From: Candidatus Heimdallarchaeota archaeon B3_Heim
GTDB lineage: Archaea; Asgardarchaeota; Heimdallarchaeia; Hodarchaeales; Hodarchaeaceae
DNA: 32,000 bases
NCBI GenBank assembly: GCA_003144275.1
Contig: NJBF01000001.1
Span: 161,902-193,901 of the forward strand
Direction: 5' to 3'
Shown here in pieces: positions 26,728 through 32,000 of the stretch (within the stretch, counting starts at the first letter, position 1; every line of letters starts with the position of its first letter). A program made the translations under genes and the position numbers. The notes beneath the pieces are model-generated. The model ran no database searches. It saw only the letters and a list, made by a program, of their open reading frames with translations, and was not told the DNA's origin.

Positions 26728-28113
26728 ATGGCAACAAATCAAAGCGCAGCATACTTCTTCCGAGTTATCTATATGGTCTTGTTTATTTTTTCGGGATTCC
26801 TTGTAATTTCCAGTATCGATTCCGCAATGTTTGATTTTGCTAAAGTTTTTGAGATTCTAAATTATGTAATGCTGATTGTTCAAGGGATTGTGAGTGCTAT
26901 GGGGGAAATAGCGAAATTAATTACCAATTATATTCTTTCAGTTAAAGCGTCTATTCCTTACCTTGGAAATATCATTGGAGATCCAAGCTTAGGGACACTT
27001 AATATCGTTGACATAGAGCAAACGCTTGCTAGCATTTTTAACCCTGATAATGGTTTTTATCCTCATTCAACCATAGATCTTGCTGAAGTAGATATTATCC
27101 AAGAGTTCTCAATCTTCTTTGGTGCAACAACAATTTTGATTTTATTACCAATTGCATTTTTCTCAGGAATAGGCTTTCTACGAGAAGGCGATACAAAATT
27201 GGCAATTTATTCATTTTTAGGGTTTCAAATGATCTTGATTGTGGCAATTTTTACTCAGAATATAAAAATCTCAACCCAGATTGATACTAGCTCATTGTTT
27301 TCAATGATTATTAGTCCAATCTTCACATTGGGCTTCCTGTTGTATTTACTCCTTGAAGTGGCATTTCAAACCTCGTATACCCTCAATATTATTGAACCAA
27401 TGTCGGAACGAGAGAAAAGAATTCAAGGCCACCTTAAACGAATCAGAACCTTTGTACCAATTGAAGAAGGAGCTAAAAGTACCGATCAATCAATACAAAG
27501 TATGCAATCAAGTAAACATGGCCTATTAGCAGCAAGCTATTTGCGTGAAATGGTAGAGCGACGTGTATTTAAAAGGGGAGAAACGGTTCGTGATTCGAAA
27601 TCTATGATGAGATTGCAGTCTTATCTTGCTAACCTTCAACAAAGTGATCCACGTGTAGATTTAAAATTAGCTGCTCAAACAGCTCAACCAGACGCGAGCT
27701 CATTAATCAAATATTTCATTCCAGCCATGATATTTCGAATTATCGCGGTAGTAGTCCTTGCATATTTCATTATGGCCCCCGAGGGTGTATTGAATCTTGA
27801 AATACTCGGAATTAAGCTTTTCATCTTTCCAGCATTGGTGGATAGTCTCGAAATATCCCAGCCAGAATTCCAGACAATACTTATCTTAAATATGGTTTTA
27901 ATTCTTATACTCGTTGGTGTAATTTTAAAATACTTGACAAGTGGTAAAACTAGGAAAGTCATGGAGCGTGTAGTACAACGAATAGACACTCTAGTTGATT
28001 TTGATCGCTCTACTCCGCAACCCACAGCTTCTAGCGAACCATCCGAAGAAGACAGTATATTAGATGAGGAGGAGGAAGAACTATTAGACACGGAGGAGGA
28101 AGAACAGACCTAA
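26728..28113 (+). CDS. Hypothetical multi-pass membrane protein with acidic C-terminal tail
   Basis: Several hydrophobic segments, a polar central loop and an E/D-rich C-terminus. Starts 5 nt after the DUF58 stop. Confidence 0.8.
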   Translation: MATNQSAAYFFRVIYMVLFIFSGFLVISSIDSAMFDFAKVFEILNYVMLIVQGIVSAMGEIAKLITNYILSVKASIPYLGNIIGDPSLGTLNIVDIEQTLASIFNPDNGFYPHSTIDLAEVDIIQEFSIFFGATTILILLPIAFFSGIGFLREGDTKLAIYSFLGFQMILIVAIFTQNIKISTQIDTSSLFSMIISPIFTLGFLLYLLLEVAFQTSYTLNIIEPMSEREKRIQGHLKRIRTFVPIEEGAKSTDQSIQSMQSSKHGLLAASYLREMVERRVFKRGETVRDSKSMMRLQSYLANLQQSDPRVDLKLAAQTAQPDASSLIKYFIPAMIFRIIAVVVLAYFIMAPEGVLNLEILGIKLFIFPALVDSLEISQPEFQTILILNMVLILILVGVILKYLTSGKTRKVMERVVQRIDTLVDFDRSTPQPTASSEPSEEDSILDEEEEELLDTEEEEQT

Positions 28114-28135
28114 CCTCCCTCTTGAGAGAAAAATC

Positions 28136-28669
28136 ATGCCGAAACTAGATCCAGAGAGTAGCGATGCACGGAAAAAGCTAAATAGTCAAATTCCTGGTTA
28201 CCTTTGCTATGAAAAACAACCAGATAGAAAACATTCTGATACTTCAATCAAAAAATATTTAGAAAATCGTTTATCGACCTGCTCAGATGACGTTAAGAAA
28301 ATTCAAGAAGCTGCGTTGATGAGTCAGATGATTACGACTTGGTCAGATCTTGATAGATTGGTTTCTAGCTTCACAGATTCTCGATATGTAATTAAAGCGT
28401 CGAAATATGGAATAAGTACTTTCTTTGATTCCGGTTTAATCAAAGACTTTGATCTAGGCTATTTATACACTTTAGAAAAAACAGTTCTCGATGTAATTGA
28501 CCGATTAGATGAGAAAATAAAGCAATTTGATGATTCGATTGAAAGCGGGATGCTTTCTGACAGTAGTAGACTAACAAATGAAATTCTGGAAGATCTCGGC
28601 GCAATTCAGGATGCTTGGCTAGAAAGACAAAAATTGGTTGCTGATTTTCAGAAACTAGGCTTAGTCTAG
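28136..28669 (+). CDS. Hypothetical helical protein
   Basis: 177 aa (IPGYLCYE…YGISTFFD…LYTLEK). Last gene of the co-directional cluster. Confidence 0.7.
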   Translation: MPKLDPESSDARKKLNSQIPGYLCYEKQPDRKHSDTSIKKYLENRLSTCSDDVKKIQEAALMSQMITTWSDLDRLVSSFTDSRYVIKASKYGISTFFDSGLIKDFDLGYLYTLEKTVLDVIDRLDEKIKQFDDSIESGMLSDSSRLTNEILEDLGAIQDAWLERQKLVADFQKLGLV

Positions 28670-28708
28670 AAAAATAAAAAGGGAGAAAAAAAGCAGAGGG
28701 ATTCTCGC

Positions 28709-30022
28709 TTATTTTCGGTTTAGGTATTCTGCGAATGCAGCTAATCCCACTGCAACAATAGCTCCAACCGCACAAACGATAAAAGCAGGTGCATAAGAAG
28801 AACCTGTAATGGTCGTGCTACTACCTTTGATTGCATCGATAACAACGGCGGGAATTATAGCTCCAAGTATTCCTGCAACTCCATATGCAGAAAAGACAAA
28901 TCCATAATTATTACCAACATTTTTTGTTCCGAAATAGTCTGCGGTAGTGGATGGGAATAATGCAAAATTACCACCAAAACAAAGTCCAATAATACATGCT
29001 ATTACTGTTATCATAAGAATTTCAGTTTGGAAACCAAAAGTAAACATTGCTATTGCAAGAAGGGCAAACATCATGATCATGGTGGGAGCGCGGTTGATTT
29101 TATCAGATACAAAACCCCAAAAAATACGGCCACCTGCGTTAAATATAGCCAAAATTCCCACGATGGATGCTGCTAAATTATCATCAATTGCACTATTTGC
29201 TGCCTGAAGGAATGTTTTTAGAATACCTAATGTCATCAATCCAGCTGTAGCTGCAAGAACAAACATGCTCCAAAGTAGCCAAAATTGTGGAGTTCTGAGA
29301 ATTTCACGCCATTCATAATCCCGACCTAAACCTGTAGCTGTAGGTACAGGCGGCTGCCATCCTTCAGGTGTCCATCCCTTAGGAGGATTTCTTAGAAGTT
29401 GTGCACCGAGGATAACTGCAATAAGATAAATTAATCCACAGATTAATAATGCAGGAGCAATATCACTTTCTATTATAATTCCTTCAGGATCTCGGGCAAT
29501 AACTTTGATAAAAGCTGTCTCAACTCGTGCAAATATCAAAGCACCAGCACCGAATCCAGCAACTGCAATGCCTGTGATTAATCCTTTTTTGTCGGGAAAC
29601 CATTTAACAAGCGCTGCAATAGGACAAACATATGCTAACCCGATACCTGCCCCACCTATTATACCATAGGTAAGAACAAGCCAAATCAGTGAAAGATTGG
29701 GATCTGTTTCAAAAAAAGTTACACCTGTTGCTAAAATATATCCCACTCCAAGCAGGATTCCTCCCGTCGTTGCAACACGACGTGGACCAACTTTATCTTG
29801 CCATTTCCCGGCAAAAATCATTACCACTGCAAAAGTCGCTAATCCAATTGCAAAAGGTAACAAGCTTTCAAATGTACCTAAATTGTATGGTGCTTTCTTT
29901 AAAGAAGTCTGAAAGATTGACCAGGCATAAATAGAGCCGAGACAAAGTTGAACGATAAGTGCACCTATAACAACAAGATACCGATTATACAATGTATCGG
30001 AATTCTCTGTCAGTTTACTCAC
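28709..30022 (-). CDS. MFS transporter, oxalate/formate antiporter (OFA) family
   Basis: CLGSIYAWSIF, KWQDKVGPR, KWFPDKKGLITG, NAGGRIFWG and FGGNFALFP…DYFGTKNVGNNYG. Confidence 0.9.
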   Translation of the reverse strand: MSKLTENSDTLYNRYLVVIGALIVQLCLGSIYAWSIFQTSLKKAPYNLGTFESLLPFAIGLATFAVVMIFAGKWQDKVGPRRVATTGGILLGVGYILATGVTFFETDPNLSLIWLVLTYGIIGGAGIGLAYVCPIAALVKWFPDKKGLITGIAVAGFGAGALIFARVETAFIKVIARDPEGIIIESDIAPALLICGLIYLIAVILGAQLLRNPPKGWTPEGWQPPVPTATGLGRDYEWREILRTPQFWLLWSMFVLAATAGLMTLGILKTFLQAANSAIDDNLAASIVGILAIFNAGGRIFWGFVSDKINRAPTMIMMFALLAIAMFTFGFQTEILMITVIACIIGLCFGGNFALFPSTTADYFGTKNVGNNYGFVFSAYGVAGILGAIIPAVVIDAIKGSSTTITGSSYAPAFIVCAVGAIVAVGLAAFAEYLNRK

Positions 30023-30639
30023 CAGTATGTTTTGAATATTGTGAAAGAAAGGTTCTATATTGTAAATATGACCTGAATTTCGAAAATTTTTGTGAGTATA
30101 TATATTTAAAGTGAGATAAGTTGAATTAATAATGGTTACAATAAAGCCGTTTTTTGGACTAGTATTTTAGAACCGGGCAGAAGTTATAATTCTGAACCCA
30201 ACAAAATTCTGTTCGTAAACCTTATCTTAAAATTAGAACTAGGGAAACTATCCGAAAGAATGTTAATCTACTTTTTATTCCTTATTTCGTGCAAGAAATA
30301 ACAATCTGTTATATATTAATTACAATACAAGAAATAAACTTCTTAATCTGGAAACGAACTATTTTGAATTGGATTACAGAGTCAATTCACGCTCTGTAAC
30401 ACCACCTTGACACTATTTATAAAATGTCAATGGCATCATTCGTACAGAATTTTAATTAAAAAATTTTCTTAAAACAATTGCTCCCAAATTGGAAATTTTT
30501 GTTGTTTGAGGCTCTTTCCTTTTTAGACTCAAATTAATCCCTTTAAAGCAAATGTATTATTCTGAAATAACTTAATCGAATAATATAAAATACTAATGGT
30601 AATTTCAATGACCATTACATACAAATAGACTTCTCCCCG

Positions 30640-30693
30640 TGTGGACATGGTGTGGACAAAATGACTGAAAATGACTCAGTCTAAGTGACTCAG
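30640..30693. repeat. Tandem short direct repeats next to the tRNA 3' end (integrase arm-site-like)
   Basis: TGTGGACA x2 (30640-30647, 30651-30658), AAAATGACT x2 (30658-30666, 30668-30676), TGACTCAG x2 (30672-30679, 30686-30693). Confidence 0.6.
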
Positions 30694-30741
30694 GCTAAAA
30701 ACAAAATTAAAAGAAAGAGGCTAATTTCTTGAGAAAGCTAA

Positions 30742-30828
30742 TGCCGGAGGAGGGACTCGAACCCTCAAGGAACTATACGTTCCGCTGGATTTTGAATCCA
30801 GTGCGTCTACCAATTCCGCCACTCCGGC
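30742..30828 (-). tRNA. tRNA-Leu(CAA), bacterial-type
   Basis: Acceptor GCCGGAG/CTCCGGC, D arm GCGGAATTGGTAGACGC, anticodon arm CTGGA-TTCAAAA-TCCAG, long variable arm GGAAC/GTTCC, T arm GAGGG-TTCGAGT-CCCTC. 87 nt, CCA not encoded. Confidence 0.95.
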
Positions 30829-30925
30829 ACGTTTAGTGCCAATAACAGGGCCTTCGTACCTTTCCTTTGCTTGGCTCTTATTCTGGTTCTTTTCTTCAAG
30901 AATCCTAAGAAACATCCTCCGCTGT

Positions 30926-31789
30926 TTATTTTTCTCTTAGTGAGGAGTAAATGAGCTGCTGAAGATTTTTTACAAACTCTATCTTTTCAGGCTTTGAGGG
31001 TTTGGCATTCTCAAAGGTTAACGGCGGTAAAAACTCAACCGTCAGACAATATTTCTTGTAGCTTTTTATCTTGAGCAGATTCAGAACCCATCTTATTGCT
31101 TTGTAGATAAAGATCCTGTCTGCAAGATAACGCCAAAACATCTTCTTATCAATCGCAGGTCTCTCTTTAACAACACTGGGCACTATTTTTACTACCTTTC
31201 CTCGCTTGAAAAACATACTTGCCAGGGAAGGAACGATTGTCTGGTAAACAGGGTTTTCAATGCCTTCGTGTGTTTTGCCTCCGCTTGGCGCAATTGCAAT
31301 AGGAATATTATTTTCCAGGCTTTCGATGCACTTTTTTAAAGCCTGCTTATTTGTTCTTTGTTTCTCAAGCCTTTCTTCATCTGTGTTAGGTTCCTGTAAA
31401 TCTACAACTATAGTATCAAGCCTGTTTACTTGGGCAACAATGTATCTTGCTATGAAATCGATCAGCTTATTATAGAATGAATTTGCCCAGCGTCTTCTTC
31501 TTATCTTTTCTCGAAACCCAGTAGGAAAAATTGAGTCTTCAACATCCTTTCTCAGGATTGGCAGGTATTTCTTGGCTGCTATCGTGACCTCAGCCAGAAA
31601 TCTTATTTTGGGCTTATTTGGAGCAGCCACTCCCAAATGAATTGGTTCTCCTCGTCTGGTTGTGTGATTGTAGACATAGATTATCGGGCCATTTTTTGGA
31701 ATGTTTTCCAGCCCCACAGGTTTTGGCTTTGGGCAGACGGGAAGTGTTCTTCCCAGAGTTCTTAGAAAATTGTACGGGAAACTCAGCAT
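30926..31789 (-). CDS. Lysophospholipid acyltransferase (PlsC-like) family protein
   Basis: GLENIPKNGPIIYVYNH (block I), RFLAE, IAIAPSGGKT (block III-like) and KIVPSVV. Confidence 0.65.
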   Translation of the reverse strand: MLSFPYNFLRTLGRTLPVCPKPKPVGLENIPKNGPIIYVYNHTTRRGEPIHLGVAAPNKPKIRFLAEVTIAAKKYLPILRKDVEDSIFPTGFREKIRRRRWANSFYNKLIDFIARYIVAQVNRLDTIVVDLQEPNTDEERLEKQRTNKQALKKCIESLENNIPIAIAPSGGKTHEGIENPVYQTIVPSLASMFFKRGKVVKIVPSVVKERPAIDKKMFWRYLADRIFIYKAIRWVLNLLKIKSYKKYCLTVEFLPPLTFENAKPSKPEKIEFVKNLQQLIYSSLREK

Positions 31790-32000
31790 CTTTCAGACAA
31801 AATAACATAGGGAAAATTTGAAGTCAACTGGGGGATATGTATGTACCAAGGCCACGTGATTATTTTAGATTTTCACCTGGTAAGGACTTACGGTTCTTAA
31901 CAACGTAAGGAAAGGGAGGTAATTAGTGCTTGATTTCAAATCTTGCCGGCAAGTCTGAAGAACCTCGCTTCGCTTTCTTAGGGGCTACTTTTTATAGGCA

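Noticed and set aside
30721-30915. 64-aa minus-strand ORF
   Set aside because: It reads through tRNA-Leu and is spurious.
597-31821. The many remaining short ORFs overlapping confident genes (e.g. 597..797, 4276..4518, 8998..9276, 12150..12410, 26401..26742, 27684..28091, 31260..31475)
   Set aside because: These are shadow ORFs of well-supported genes, with no independent motifs.
31915-32000. GGAGGT Shine-Dalgarno-like site with TTG at 31930, open to the window end
   Set aside because: Only about 23 codons are visible. It is consistent with a bacterial gene start but too short to support a call.
1-32000. CRISPR array, cas genes, rRNA genes, retron or DGR reverse transcriptase
   Set aside because: No regularly spaced repeats, rRNA sequence or RT motifs were seen anywhere in the window.

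Overview
Positions 1 to about 30,100 are low-GC archaeal chromosome that looks Asgard-like (Heimdallarchaeia/Hodarchaeales-like). That assignment is an inference from gene content and style, not from a tree. The protein genes include hypB/hypA, an HDAC-family deacetylase, coaD, archaeal dnaG, a histone, rpl10e (uL16), pth2, pelota, a site-2 protease, a NusA-like Zn/KH protein, an ornithine carbamoyltransferase with eukaryote-type motifs, a Urm1-like modifier, cofE and an OFA-type MFS transporter. The ORF track misses several RNAs. These are two 84-94 nt box C/D guide RNAs (one predicted to target the SSU G that human SNORD25 and yeast snR56 methylate), a ~300 nt GC-rich structured RNA with RNase P-like motif order but an atypical P4, and a tRNA-Gly(CCC) with a 29-nt bulge-helix-bulge intron at position 59/60. 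A solo TnpB with the rearranged, Fanzor-like RuvC is bounded by inverted repeats and a 9-bp direct repeat. A 12-kb co-directional cluster links a 1699-aa Ig-repeat surface protein to DUF4129, DUF4350, a MoxR AAA+ ATPase, a DUF58/vWA protein and a membrane protein. After about 30.6 kb the sequence looks bacterial: integrase-arm-like repeats, a bacterial-type tRNA-Leu(CAA) and a PlsC-like acyltransferase. This is most likely a chimeric or concatenated junction, although a real transfer cannot be excluded from sequence alone. All family calls come from motif recognition, and no searches were run.
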